Assembly: GCA_951406725.2 (NCBI GenBank)
Contig: OX597831.1
Coordinates: 78,802,001 to 78,866,000, forward strand
From: Octopus vulgaris
Lineage: Eukaryota
DNA: 64,000 nucleotides
Direction: 5' to 3'
Shown here: piece by piece, positions 14,591 through 30,760 of the stretch
How positions within the stretch are numbered: position 1 is the stretch's first letter
Layout of the letters: each line of letters begins with the position of its first letter
Position numbers and translations under genes: made by a program
Notes under the pieces: generated by a model
Databases searched by the model: none
What the model saw: only the letters and a program-made list of their open reading frames with translations
What the model was told of the DNA's origin: nothing

Positions 14591-15796
14591 GTATTTGTAC
14601 ATACATCTTATAATAATCCTGCTTGTTCTTCTGTTACTGAGCCCACCCGTAACGCTTCCACGTAATTAGTTGAGAGTGGAGGCGATAGAAGGGAGGGGAG
14701 AGGTGGAATGGTAGAGGTGGAAGAGGAGATGTGGGAGGGAGTGAGTGGTTGTGGAGGGTGAAATGCATGTTTTCTAAATAAATATTCTTGTCCGTTACCG
14801 TCTGTGACGCTTTCACGTGATTGGTTGAAGGGTAAGGCGAAGAATGGGAGAGAAAGAGGGAGAGAGCTGTGTATTAAGTCTATAAAATTGTACATAGAGT
14901 ATATAAAGTGTATATATATAAAATGCATTAAGAAATCATCGTATTCTAACTTCCTTCACTTTTCCATGATTAGCAGACGACATGTACATCAGCTTTGCCT
15001 TTCACCCTTTCGGAGGCAATAAACTAAAGTACCAGTCAAATACTAAAGTCGATATACTCGACTGACACTCTCCCCTAAAATTCGAAGAATGAGTGTGGTA
15101 GCTGCTATTTCTTGTTTAAATTTGTGGTCTTCTTTTTTATTGCAAAAATATAACATCAAAAAATATTCCAGCTGTTGCCGAACCTCTCAAATTTTGTGAA
15201 GATTTTTTTTGCCTTTTTTATTTATATTCTTTTTAAGACGGTGAATTCAAAAGTTTGGGAATTTCTTAAATAATTGAATTAGGTGAAAAAAGAAGAGAGA
15301 GAAAAATGTAGCGAATATAAAATTAGTGAATAAATTTTAAATATTCACAAAAATATAATTTTTTTTAGGAATTATAGGAAATTCAACTATGGACAAGGCA
15401 GAAGAAGAAGAAGAAAGAAGAAGAAAAACAAGAAGAAGAAGAAGAAGAAGAAGAAGAAGAAGAAGAAGAAGAAGAAAGAAGAAGAAGAAGAAGAAGAAGA
15501 AGAAGAAACGGAGAAGAAGAAGAGGAAGCAGAAGAAAAGAAGGAGAAGAAGAAGAAGAAGAAGAAGAAGGAGGGGGCGGCGGAGAAGAACAAGAATAAGA
15601 ACAAGAACAAGAAGGAGGCCGTGGAGACGGAAGAGGAGAAGACAAGAAGAAGAAGAAAAAGAAGAAGAAAAAAAAGAAGTAGAATGGGGAGAAGAAGAAG
15701 GAGAAAAGAAGAAGAAGAAGAAGAAGAAGAAGAAGAAGAAAAAGAAGAAGAAGAAGAAGATGAAGGACGAGGAGGAGGAGGAGAAGAAGACAAGAA

Positions 15797-15827
<31 letters not shown>

Positions 15828-15959
15828 AAGAAGAAGAAAGGAGTGAGAAATAGAGAGAGTGTGATTGAGCATGATGATAGATGAGAAAGGAGAAAACACA
15901 CGGGGAAAAGAAAGAAAGTGAAGGAGAGTGAGGGTGCGCGCTTGTGTGAATTTGTATTG

Positions 15960-15990
<31 letters not shown>

Positions 15991-16211
15991 AGAGGAAGAG
16001 AGAAAGTGAGGAAGAGACAAGGAAAATGAGGGAGAGAGAGAAGGGATAGAAAAGAGAGTGTGAATCAGAGAGAGAAAAGTAAAGAAGATAAATGGAGAAA
16101 GAGTACGTGTGAGGAAAATAGGGAAAGACAAGTGAAAGAGTGATGAGAGAAAGAGTGTATCTGAGAGAGAGATGAGAGAGAGAGTAAGAGAAAGAGGGTA
16201 GAGAAAAAGAG

Positions 16212-16351
<140 letters not shown>

Positions 16352-16378
16352 GGATAGAGAGATGGATAGATAGATAGT

Positions 16379-16425
<47 letters not shown>

Positions 16426-17065
16426 GGAAAGAGAAGTGAAAGAGAGAAGAGAGAAAGAGTATGTTAGACAGAGGGGTTAGAGTGAATGAGAAAGAAGGAA
16501 ATAATATATATAGAGAGAGAGTGAGAGAGAGATAAATCGATAGATAGATAGATAGATAGATAGGAAAGGACAAGAGACGCAGGAGAGAAAGAATATGTGA
16601 CAGAGAAGTTAAGAGGATAAGAGAGAGAGGAGAGCTGGAATTCACTTTATGTCAATTGAAATTATTGTGAAAAATTAAATAGAAGAGAATGCAAGGTCGA
16701 AGATTCACTGAACTGGAAACATATGCATTGAATACAGCAGCAGTAGAGAACAACAGCTACAACGACAACAACAACAACAAAAAAAAGAAGATGTGGGGAA
16801 AGGGGAGAAGGAAGAGTAAGCGGAGGAGAGCAAGTGGTAATAGATTGATGAAAGCGTGAAGCAAGAAGAAAGGAAAGGAAGAACGAGCACAAAAACAGAA
16901 ATACAGATTAAAGGTTTAAGAAAAATTCTAAGGAAGAAACGCTTAGATATGTTTAATAGTTTTCCTCACCAGTATTATATACATACATATATATAAATAA
17001 ATATATAAATAAATATATACATACATATATATATATTATATATATATATACATAAATACATATAC

Positions 17066-17105
<40 letters not shown>

Positions 17106-17154
17106 ATATATACACATACATACATACATACATATATACATACATATATGTGTA

Positions 17155-17194
<40 letters not shown>

Positions 17195-17225
17195 CATATA
17201 TACACATACATACATACATACATAT

Positions 17226-17278
<53 letters not shown>

Positions 17279-17293
17279 CATATATACACATAC

Positions 17294-17336
<43 letters not shown>

Positions 17337-17377
17337 TATATATATACATATATATATATATACACATACATATATAC

Positions 17378-17445
<68 letters not shown>

Positions 17446-17449
17446 GTAT

Positions 17450-17486
<37 letters not shown>

Positions 17487-17487
17487 C

Positions 17488-17854
17488 GAGGCGCAATGGC
17501 CCAGTGGTTAGGGCAGCGGACTCGCGGTCATAGGATCGCGGTTTCGTTGTGAGTGTTTATTGAGCGAAAACACCTAAAAGCTCCACGAGGCTCCGGCAGG
17601 GATGGTGGTGATCCCTGCTGTACTCTTTCACCACAAATTTCTCTCACTCTTACTTCCTGTTTCTGTTGTACCTGTATTTCAAAGGGCCGGCCTTGTCACT
17701 CTCTGTGTCACGCTGAATATCCCCGAGAACTACGTTAAGGGTGCACGTATCTGTGGAGTGCTCAGCCACTTACACGTTGATTTCACGAGCAGGCTGTTCC
17801 GTTGATTGGATCAACCGGAACCCTCGTCGTCGTAACCGACGGAGTGCTACCACA

Positions 17855-17855
<1 letters not shown>
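17488..17855 (+). mobile_element. tRNA-derived SINE family B, tail type 1 (minus-strand copy at 10770-11140)
   Basis: gaggcgcaatggcccagtggttagggcagcggactcg tRNA-like head (A box); B-box region partly deleted in this copy. Confidence 0.85.
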
Positions 17856-17886
<31 letters not shown>

Positions 17887-17899
17887 GTATGTATGTATT

Positions 17900-18188
17900 A
17901 TATTGATACAAAAGGCAAGATAGCAAAAGGATGAAAGAGACCTCGATATTATGTAAATAGAGGAATTTATCTGTAAATATAATATGTGGCAGTTATTCGG
18001 TAGCCATGATATAACTCCGAGTTTGGGATGTCGGGGCAGAAACCCACGCCGGCATATCTTCAGTTATCGGGCCATCGAAAACAATGCTATGTCCCGATAA
18101 CTGAAGAGATGCTGGAGTGGGTTTCCGCCCCGATGTCCGAAACTCAGAGTTTTATCATAGCTACCGAATAATTGTTACATTTTATTTT

Positions 18189-18192
<4 letters not shown>
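17900..18192. mobile_element. Fold-back hammerhead element
   Basis: Inverted arms at 17972-18070 and 18093-18192; extra tail on the left; TA-rich microsatellite flanks. Confidence 0.8.
18096..18156 (+). ncRNA. Type I hammerhead ribozyme (the mirror copy at ~18006-18068 on the minus strand has GAAA>CAAA)
   Basis: GATAA-CTGAAGA-gatg...tgtcc-GAAA-CTCaGAG-TT-TTATC. Confidence 0.72.
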
Positions 18193-18236
<44 letters not shown>

Positions 18237-18240
<4 letters not shown>

Positions 18241-18543
18241 TGTGATCACCGTGCCGACCAGGCTATCAGATGTTGCTATACATCGCTGGTCACAATGCGC
18301 TTCGCATTGTTTTAGCCTTCAAGTGACGCCACCCCGCTGGCTAAGCGAGCAGGCCAACAGAAGAAAGATTGAGAGAAAGTTGTGTAGAAAGTGTACAGTA
18401 GGGATCGCCCTTCCCCTACCGGAGCTTCGTGGAGCTTTAGGTGTTTCCGCTCAATAAACACTCACAACGCTCGGTCTGGGAATCGAAACCGCGATCCTAC
18501 GACTGCGAGTCCGCTGCCCTAACCACTGGGCCATTGCACCTCC
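18237..18543 (-). mobile_element. SINE family B, tail type 2 (also 33449-33738 and 49620-49905)
   Basis: Same head and body as 17488 but a different 3' tail ending ...ggtgatcac.gtga. Confidence 0.85.
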
Positions 18544-18682
18544 AGACACACACACACACACACACACACGCACATTTCTATATATATATATATAATTACA
18601 TATATATATATATATAATTACATATGTATAAATATTATTATATATATAATTATATATTCATATAAATATGTATTTCTGTGTA

Positions 18683-18755
<73 letters not shown>

Positions 18756-18765
18756 GTAGGGATTC

Positions 18766-18833
<68 letters not shown>

Positions 18834-19027
18834 GTAGGGATTCAGATACAATTTGGTATTAAAGATAGGGTTGGATAAACCTGTGGTCACTACCTATGGT
18901 TGATAGATATCAAATAGGATATTCCGTTTGTGTACAAAGAGAAAACCAAACTTAATACAAAAATGCGCTAGAAACAGCTGTAATGATCTGACAATTATCT
19001 GTCGTCAATTATTATTATTCATTTGAT

Positions 19028-19093
<66 letters not shown>

Positions 19094-19175
19094 CATATAT
19101 ACCGATATATTAGCAAGGCCTGAGCTAATATATAATATATAACGGACAGAAAAGGGAGACAGATATACATACATC

Positions 19176-19410
19176 CCTGCTCTACATAATGTTGTCCGGT
19201 AACAGATCAAAAACGAAAAAGATCCCATCACCTTTCAACAGGATCTGGACAAATTTCTTCAAGAAATACCAGATAATCCACATATACGTAGATACAACTA
19301 ACTCAAAAAGGACATCCCTGCTTCAACGGACTGATTCAACAAAACTTGACTTAAAAAGGTTTTAGCTAATCCTAGACGACCACTCTTTGGTCGAAACATA
19401 TCTAAACTAA
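19176..19410 (+). mobile_element. CR1/L2-group LINE 3' relic
   Basis: Translates PALHNVVR*QIKNEKDPITFQQDLDKFLQEIPDNP, resembling the LFN.LP...FK..LDKFL..IPD C-terminal motif. Confidence 0.55.
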
Positions 19411-19740
19411 GTTATGTGTGTGTGTGTGTGTGTGTGTGTCTGTCTGTTTGGGTGTGTGTGTCTGTTTGGGTGTGTGTGTTTGTTTGGGCGTGTGTGTGTA
19501 TGTATGTCTCTCTCTTATTTTAATCATATGACTGCGGCGATGCTGGGGCAACATCTTGAAGCGTTTTAGTGAAAAGAAATCGACCCTTATAACCATTTTC
19601 CTGATTTTCTTTGTTTGGCTTTTTATTTTAAGAGTGGTAGATAGAAAAATAGATAGATTAGATAGATAGATAGAATAGATACATAGATAGATAGATTAGT
19701 TAGATAGATTAGATAGATAGATTGATAAATAGATAGATAA

Positions 19741-19868
<128 letters not shown>

Positions 19869-19909
19869 CGGACTTCGGTACAGTTTCCGTCTGCCAATTT
19901 TTTTTTACT

Positions 19910-20303
19910 CAAGGCACAATGCCCGAAATTTTTTTTGTTTTATTTTATGGAGGGAGAGGCCCAGTCGATTAGTTCGACCCCAGTACGCAACTTTATCAAT
20001 CCCCGGAAGGATGAAAGACAAAGTCGAGTTTGTTGGAATTTGAACTCAGAACGTAGCGGCAGACAAAATATCTATTTCTTTACTACCCACAAGGGGCTAA
20101 ACACAGAGGGGACAAACAAAAACAGACAAAGGGATTAAATCAATTACATCGACTCCAGTGCGTAACTGGTACTTAATTTATCGACTGCGAAAGGATGAAA
20201 GGCAAAGTTGACCTCGGCGGAATTTGAACTCCGAACATAACGGCAGACGAAATACCGCCATGTATTTCGCCCAGGGTGCTAACTATTCTGCCAGCTCGCC
20301 GCC
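19910..20303 (-). mobile_element. SINE family A (other minus-strand partial copies at ~1603-1810, 26810-27170, 50351-50665, 56590-56655, 60690-60818)
   Basis: Reverse-complement homology to 10068-10485. Confidence 0.8.
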
Positions 20304-21322
20304 CAAGAAATATTTATATATGTGAAGCCTAATCGTATTTATCTGCATCATTATCTCCATTACCAGCTCACCTGGATTCCTCTTATACCCACACTTTACT
20401 CCGTGGACCTAGTCCTCGATAAACGTTTAGGGATATAAGTTCAAATCATCGGAACACTACTACGTATTTTCTATATTGAGCATCCTCAGCTCTCATCTAT
20501 TATCTCTCCCTCTCTCTCTCTCTCCACACACAATCATACATGAATGTATATACGTGTATGTATTTATGAAGGTATGTATCCATATTACCTCTTGATAAGT
20601 TTGAGCCCTAATCGCTATCGTAATCAGTTTGAAATCAATTCCAGTTATTGCTGGATGAAGATATGATCCAAGTCCAAACTGGAACAAAGGACTGCTTTAT
20701 TAATATTATAACTACCCGGATTATTAACTCATGCTTACAGAATCTGTATTCACAACATGTATTCATATCTACATTATGCCTTAATCGGTTTGATCTCTTA
20801 CTTTGTTGCTGGGCATATAACTGATCCAAAATTGTATTTGAACAAAGGAAGACCTTACTAATATAATTCCATATTATGAACTAAGCTTTCAAGATTCTAT
20901 GTACAAAATATTTACGTATCAATATTACATATAATTTACTTTTATCTCTTATCGTCGTCAGGTGATTCATTATTGTATGTAGACGTGTCTCAAATCGATA
21001 GCACACATGACACCAGATTCGAACTAGAGATAGCTACGTTAAAATCTGAAATATCCTAAACCTAACTAAAATATCTGCATATTTCTACAAGTTTTCAATC
21101 ATTTTAATCCCCGATCACATTATCAGGTGTTTAAGTATTTCATCCGCAGTTTCTTTTTAAAACGTTGCAGGTGAGATATTTGATTCGAACTAGGAACCTG
21201 TATCTCTACAAACAAAACGAAGGCATAAACCCCTGCTTATCCTCTAAGACAAATGTAGAATGAATATTGGCGTGTTCAGAAATTTAAGAACGAATACATA
21301 TATACATATATATATATATATA

Positions 21323-21437
<115 letters not shown>

Positions 21438-21880
21438 CATAAATATGTATATATGCATGACTGTATAAAATGTAAGTGTGTACGTTTGTATGTATGAGTA
21501 TAAGTGAACTAATGTCAAACGAAAAACGGAAAAGATCAACGCAATCGCGTCTCGCCTCCAGCTTGCCATTTGTGAAACGCGCAATATCATCAAACGAAAA
21601 GCACAGCAAAGAAAAGAACAAAAAAAAAAAAGACAAAACAAAACAGCATAAACAAAACAAGAAACCTATTATCGATACAATAATCATAGCGATAAACAAT
21701 ACCAATAGAGGTAAAAACTATTAAAACAGCGTCAGCAATAGTAGGAACTTCGACGACCACAACATCAACAACAATAATATTAGCACATAACGTTAACTTC
21801 TAAAACTATCGCCAATTTCCACTAGTTTAATGTTAAGCGACTGTTATTGCACATTCAATATATATATATATATGCACGTG

Positions 21881-21963
<83 letters not shown>

Positions 21964-22113
21964 ATTTATATGTATATATCTATTTAGGTATTACATTTTA
22001 TACAGACGATATCAACATTAAACGCTTTTGATCTCGACCGATTCATTTCATGACCAAACAGCGTTGTTCGGTTCCGAAAATTCGCCAGTGGTCACTTTCA
22101 GTGAAGATGACCA

Positions 22114-22150
<37 letters not shown>

Positions 22151-22249
22151 TAGATATAGATATAGATATATAAATCTACATATATATATACATATACATA
22201 TATATGCATATATTCATCCATCAGTATATATGCACCATATATACATCTA

Positions 22250-22316
<67 letters not shown>

Positions 22317-22327
22317 ATATATATATA

Positions 22328-22359
<32 letters not shown>

Positions 22360-22518
22360 CATACATATATATGTGTATGTATGTGTGTGTGTGTGTATGC
22401 ATTTATGTATATATATATATGTATATGTGTATTATGTATGTACATCCACGAATGAATTTGCTCCACCGCGGTATGTGTTTGTGTATGTGAGCGTCTATGT
22501 GTGTTTATGTGTGAGCAG

Positions 22519-22561
<43 letters not shown>

Positions 22562-22913
22562 GATATGAATAAACGTACGTAAATATTATAATGTAACATT
22601 TTATTGCTTTCTCCGTGATTCACATCAGTCGTAAACAATTTGGTTGTCAGGAAAGAACAATTATGGCCATTTCAAGAATATATTGACTTCACTAGATATT
22701 TTATCACATTCTGGCACTCAAACATACAGGTACATACAGAGACACGCATACCCACACGCAACCACACACACACATTCAGAGATGTACAAACAAATACACA
22801 TAGAACACAACCAGATGCTCATAGAATCACACACACGAACGCCAACTCGGCCGACACACAAAGGCATGCACACACGTAAAAGCATATGGCGTCATACATT
22901 TATGTGTTTCTGT

Positions 22914-23056
<143 letters not shown>

Positions 23057-23191
23057 TACAGAGAGATAAGTGAGGAAAGAGGGGGAGACAGCTATATAGA
23101 TTCGCCACTAAAGTTCCTTCCATGCTACATTCCTATTGCTCTCTTTGACGTGGTTGCGGTGTATATGTATGTATGTGTGTATGTATGTATG

Positions 23192-23230
<39 letters not shown>

Positions 23231-23378
23231 ATCTGTGTGTGTGCGTATGCTTGTATACATACGAGCATTGTTTCAACACGAAAAGATCTGTTTTTGTACA
23301 CGAAACATAAATAAGTCGTTTATTAGCTTACAGATACATACATACACAGATACATATATATATATACACACATATATC

Positions 23379-23426
<48 letters not shown>

Positions 23427-23872
23427 TATATACATACATACTTATATATATACATATATACATATATACATACATACTTATATATATATATATATATATA
23501 ACTGTGTATATCTATGCATATGTGTTCCTTTTGTCCGTGAGTGTTTATATTAATGACTTTATGTGTGTCGCACAAGTACAACTGTTCAAATCGGTGATAT
23601 TTAAACAACAGAGAAATAACCACAAAATACAGTGGCATGTAATATGCGCGTTCTGCGCATTCTGCTGCGCACGCGACCATTCTCCCAGCACACACACACA
23701 CACACACACACAAACATACTTGTGCACGCTCACTCATATATCCATACATACATACATGCACACGCAGACGTGCCCGCACAGACACACACACGCGCACACA
23801 TAAATATACCTATATACACACCTATACATACGCACACACACACTTAGACACATGCATATTCTATCTATCACT

Positions 23873-23910
<38 letters not shown>

Positions 23911-23941
23911 ATGTATCTATGTATGTATATATGTATGTATG

Positions 23942-23974
<33 letters not shown>

Positions 23975-24656
23975 CTCTGTCTCTCTCTCTGTCTCTCTCT
24001 GTCTCTCTCTCTGTCTCTCTCTGTCTCTCTTTCTCCCTCTCTCTCTCTCTCTCTCTACATATATATATATATATATATACATACATGTATATTTACAGAT
24101 AAATATATGGATACACAGACACACACGCTCACACACAGACACACACACATGCACGTTCACACACACACACACACATACACACACACACACATACATACTT
24201 ACCCGCATACCTATGAAGGTATAGATGTATTTCTGACTGTTATCGAGTGATTCTTTTAATGTTGTCTTCAATGAAAAGCATGCAACCTATTTCTAATCGC
24301 AAAACAAGATCTCTGCATTGGAGTTCAGACTTTACCAACCAGGGACTGTTCCAACATATTTCTGAACCTCCATAAGTGTTCATACACATATACGTATGAA
24401 TTGAATTGCATGTCATATGGCGGACTCTAATAAATATGTTTCTAAAATTCTGAAAAATGTTTCGATTAACGTATTGTAATTATATATTGTTATCAGCCAT
24501 GTTTTGACTTTGCTAATTCCGATATCTTCCTGAATAAAACGTTTATATTCAACCACGTGGTTCCATGTTCAATCCTACCGCACATCGTCTTGAGCAAATG
24601 CCACCAACTGTAAACGCAAAACGTTCAATGCTTTGTGAATGAATTTGGCAGCGAAG

Positions 24657-24880
24657 AAGGCGGCGAGCTGGCAGAATCGTTAGCACGCCGGCCGGAATGC
24701 TTAACTGCCGATACGTTCTGAGTTCAAATTCTGCCGAGGTCGACTTTGCCTTTCATCCTTTCGGGGTCGATTAAATAAGTACCAGTTACACACTGGGGTC
24801 GATGTAATCGACTTAATCTGTTTTTCTGTCCTTGTTTGTCCCCTCTGTATGTAGCCCCTTGTGGGCAGTAAAGAAATAAG
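24657..24880 (+). mobile_element. SINE family A
   Basis: Homology to 10068-10300. Confidence 0.85.
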
Positions 24881-25466
24881 GAAAATTTGGCTGTGGTTTC
24901 TATTCAGGAGCGTGAGTGCACATAATCTCCTTCACTGGCTACTATATCTAACTTAATGACTTTCAAATGGCGAAGACGTTTCGGTAGCGACATATTTCGA
25001 GGCTGCATACGGATAATTTGGTGGAAGACAATCAGAAATGAAAGTATGTGAACTATTTAAAGAATGGTGAAATGAAATTAAAGAATTCTCAGCTAGTTCG
25101 AACAACAAAGTGTTACATTAAAAGAAATCGATCGAGCTTTTGTAGATGCTACCACGTGGTGCTTTGTTGGTAGGGTGTAAAAGTAATTGGACAGCAATAC
25201 GGAAATATTCGTGTGTAAATATGTATTGACGGTTGACTAATTGCTATTCTAGGTGTCTCAGTCAAATCATCCATTTGTTAATCACTTCAGCTGAAGGCGA
25301 GTATTTAAGGTGACTCTTCATATTTTGTGTCTTCCATAGAATGGCGTTTTACACAAAATAGTGTCCGACAACAAGGAGGAAAAAAATACCTGACGTTCAT
25401 ACGGTCAATTTGCTTTCACACCTCATCTCTACAACTAATCTGGAAACAGCGACAAACTAATATATC

Positions 25467-25538
<72 letters not shown>

Positions 25539-25696
25539 CAACAACAACAACTACAACAACAATGATACTAACAATAATAATAATAATAACAACACATACC
25601 CAAGGCACACAGAGCTGCGATCCGCCGTGCAGTGAAAGCACGTGATAAAAAAAAACTACTGAATCATTAAAAAAATTAATAATAATAATAATAATA

Positions 25697-26243
25697 ATGC
25701 AGTACCAGGCAGAGGCTCTCGTGGCTTCTGATATTAACTGATTGGAACTGTTATCATGTACATTGTTTTGTCTTGGTATAAAAGATGGGCTACAGCAAAT
25801 ATTCTGCTCAATACCACAGATTTGCTTGTCAGTTGTTTGACCTTAACCAGTTGACCATGTCCCTTAGTGGCTGACGATATGTGCATCTCTGATCACGAGT
25901 AGAAGTAGTGGGGGAGCATCATAGCCATGTATTGAGAGGGATTCTTTGGGGCTTGAATAATTCACCTCTAGAAACATGGGTGTTTCGCTCAACATCGTTA
26001 AAAACCTTTATTCAGAGACCTTTTGAGCGGGATGGGCTACTCAACCTGAAGAAAATTCTAACTGGGCCCCACCTGCATAGTCATGTGCTGTTTATCTTGA
26101 TATGAGATCACCATGTCGCGCACATATGGTTGTGATGCATGTGCTTGGTGTACCCTTATCAGACAGGTAGTCATAATGGGTATACCGGGCTTCGTATATT
26201 TTACCCCAGTGTCACTTTGATGGCATGCACTGCTCTCTCACAC
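25697..26243 (+). mobile_element. ~550-bp non-coding (AAT)n-tailed retro-repeat
   Basis: Apparently full copy with (AAT)n on both sides; a 3' fragment also at ~26725-26767. Confidence 0.85.
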
Positions 26244-26292
<49 letters not shown>

Positions 26293-26295
<3 letters not shown>

Positions 26296-26563
26296 TGGAA
26301 TCTGAAAACAGAAACAATTCCTATCATAGTAGGTGCATTAGGCATGATAAAAAAATATTCAGACAAATACATAACAAAAACACCAGGACTTACAAACACA
26401 TATAACATACAGAAAATTGCACTACTAGGCACTGCACACATCCTACGCAGAACACTTTCCATACAATAACCATCAGAGCATCACAACAAATCACAACACA
26501 TACCCAAGGCACACAGAGCTGCGCTCGGTAGTGAAGTGAAAGCACGCTATAAAAATAAAACTA

Positions 26564-26566
<3 letters not shown>
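26293..26566 (+). mobile_element. 5'-truncated R4/Dong-clade non-LTR retrotransposon 3' end inserted in (AAT)n
   Basis: 26293-26469 translates KWNLKTETIPIIVGALGMIKK...IQKIALLGTAHILRRTLSIQ*, typical of the C-terminus of RLE-type LINEs; 3' UTR then (AAT)n; a second 3'-UTR fragment lies at 25590-25662. Confidence 0.8.
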
Positions 26567-26649
<83 letters not shown>

Positions 26650-26767
26650 TAATAATAATAATAATGATGATAATAAAAATATTAGGGAATATTATTCCAA
26701 ACTTACAACGGTATATGTTTTTATTTACCCCAGTGTCACTTTGATGGCATGCACTGCTCTCTCACTC

Positions 26768-26808
<41 letters not shown>

Positions 26809-27440
26809 GCTTTTCTACTCTAGGCACAAAGCCTGAAACTTATGGGGATGATATCGAACCAAGTACTTAACTGGTACATATTTTATCGAACCCGGAGAGC
26901 ATGAAAGCAAGGTCGACTTCAGCGGAATTTGAACTCAGAACGCAACGACCGACGAAATGCTTAGCAGCATTTCGCTCGGCATACTAACTATTCTTCCACC
27001 TCACCACCTTATTAATAATGACAATAATGGTTTCAAATTTTGCTACAAGGACAGCCATTTCAGGAGAGGGGGTAAGTCGATTATTTAGACCCCAGTATTT
27101 AACTGGTACATCCGAAAGGATGAAAGATAAGGTCGACCTCGGCGGAATTTGAACATAGACCGTAGCAATATGTGTATATATATATATATATATATACTTT
27201 ATTCTTTTATTTGTTTCAGTCATTTGACAGCGGCCATACTGGAGCAGCGCATTTAGACGAGCAAATCGACCCCAGGATTTATTCTTTGTAAGCCTAGTAC
27301 TTATTCTATCGGTCTCTTTTGCCGAACCGCTAGGTGGCGGGGACGTGAACACACCAGCATCGGTTGGCAAGCGATGTTGGGAGGACATACACATACACAC
27401 AAACATATATAAGCAACAAGAATAACTTTCGTTATATATA

Positions 27441-27494
<54 letters not shown>

Positions 27495-27638
27495 GTATGT
27501 ATGTGTGTACATACAGAGATACATATATTATTCATATTTATATATACACACACACACATATTATTGCATATACGTGTATTCCAGTGCACGGCTACGTGAT
27601 CGCGTGATCGCGTGTGCAGTTATTTCTTTAAAAATATT

Positions 27639-27723
<85 letters not shown>

Positions 27724-28498
27724 ATTTGCATATATATGTATATATATATATGCCAGTATGTATGTATGTATACACATATTTAGACATATATACAGGCATA
27801 CATTTATGTGTTTGTGTATCCACAAGTTAAGTTGAACAAATAAACAAGACAACAATTTTTGCCAAAACAAGAAATAAGTTCTTATTAGAACTGAAAACCT
27901 CTTCAATGTAGGCCTACTTCACCGATTTTTATTGGATTCTGTTTTAACTTGTTCCCTGAGCAAAAATTCTACCAAATATATACATAAACATCTTTTAACA
28001 ATGCGTCTTTTGATGTAGATAAATTAATATACACTCACACACACACACGCACAAAGAAACACACATACATACACTCGCACATGTATATATACAGAAACAG
28101 GGTTTCTCATGAATATTCATACATATGTATATATATATATATATACACACAATATTCACACAAGACATCTATATAGGTTTTGAGTGTATGTAAATGTGTG
28201 TGAGTGTGTGTGTCTGTGTGTGTTTTGTATATTGGAGTCTATATTAACCCTTTGTATGGATCTCTATGTAGAACGCCTACAAAATTATTACGGTATTTCC
28301 TGGTTACCTATTCATCTGACTAGCTATCTCTTCTCTCTCTTTCTCTTCCCCTGTCTCGTTCACTCTCTCGTTTACTCTCTCTGTATGTATTTCTGTATGT
28401 ATATATTTTTATGTATGTATACACATATACACACATGCATACATATAGATACTCGTATATACATATATATACATACAGATATATACATCTGTGTATGA

Positions 28499-28558
<60 letters not shown>

Positions 28559-29349
28559 ATGTGTGTGTGTGTGTGTGTGTGTGTAAATATATATGTGTGT
28601 GTGTATATATATATATATACGTTTATACAGACATATATATTGCATATACACATATACATACATCTATAATAATAAATGTGAAAACGAATTTCTGTGTGTC
28701 AGTGTGTCACACATTCATCCCCCTCTCTCACTATTCAGTTACACTTCTACTATTCCTCCTGCTGGGGTGAGTGTAATAGTAGGCATAGAGACGGTGAGGG
28801 CGGTAGTAGATTGACGGTTGTGATGGTAATGGAGTGATAGTAATAGTATGAGCTGTAGTTTTGATAGAGGGGGAGGCGACGGTGATGATGGTGGTGGTGG
28901 TAGCTGAGGCGTTCAAGCATGATGGAGATAGTAAGCGATGTGAAAGACAGTGGAGATGGTGGTGGAGAGGAAGGCCGCGAAGTCAAAGTTATTGATGGTG
29001 GTAGCATCAGAAGTCTGAATAGTTCGTGTATGGTAGTTCTAGTGGTGATGGTGCTGTTGGTGGTACTGGTGACGGTAATGGTTGGAAGAGAGGGAGAGAG
29101 AGAGAGAGAGAGAGAGGTTAGACAGGAAAAATTATACAGACCTCCGAAGAATGGGAAGACCCCAAAAATTGTTGATCATGCAATTTTGCAAAAAGTTCTA
29201 AGTCCACAAATTATATCATTGTTTTGATGAAAATTGTTCATTGCTTGGAAAATATTGGCCAAGTTTATTAGAATATAGTAACTACACAGTGCCTGAAGTG
29301 TTATTGTTGGACCCAAGGCCAAATGAAGCGCCCGCTGCAGGCTCCACAG

Positions 29350-29971
<622 letters not shown>

Positions 29972-29977
29972 TTTTTT

Positions 29978-30018
<41 letters not shown>

Positions 30019-30019
<1 letters not shown>

Positions 30020-30289
30020 AATTATAAATTAGGGTATCTACGAGATACCACCACGCTGAAAATAGCAGCCATGATCTGACTCTAAAACCACTTTAATTGT
30101 CCATATTGCAACACGGAGAGAAGACAAAGAGACAAGATGAAATTAGTAAAAAATTACTAGTTTCAGCATGGTGGTATCTCGTAGATACCCCAATTTATAA
30201 TTTTAATAACTATTACCTTTGAAGGATATTTTTTCCATGCTGACCACTTGATGAGATCGTTATTTGAAATTAACTTAACGATCTTATCC

Positions 30290-30290
<1 letters not shown>
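30019..30290. mobile_element. Short fold-back Penelope-like end fragment
   Basis: Inverted arms at 30019-30065 and 30157-30203; right-only tail; shares tataa(a)ttaggg and aaatagcagcc with the 38.3-kb element. Confidence 0.7.
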
Positions 30291-30362
<72 letters not shown>

Positions 30363-30393
30363 TATATAGATATATAAGACGAATTAACGATCT

Positions 30394-30458
<65 letters not shown>

Positions 30459-30760
30459 TATATAGATATATAAGACGAATTAACGATCTTATCCATATAT
30501 ATATAACGATCTTATCCATGATTGTAAGATTGTGGTTTCGATTCACAGACTGGGCGATGCGTTATATTCTTGAGTAAAACACTTCATTTCACGTTGCTCC
30601 AGTCCACTCAGTTGGTAAAAGTGAGCAACCCTGCGATGGATCAGCATCCTTTCCAATCGGGGAATATATACGCCACAGAATTCGGGAAAGCGGCCCTTAT
30701 GAACCTGACATTCCACGAGAAGGAAACATTTATTTTTTATTATATATATATATATATATA

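Noticed and set aside
17100-17450. Regularly repeated units resembling a repeat-spacer array
   Set aside because: Compound (TA)/(TACA) microsatellite with no unique spacers or cas genes, in eukaryotic context; not CRISPR
20340-20430. IPTLYSVDLVL, weakly like mariner HPPYSPDLAP
   Set aside because: Too short and degenerate to call
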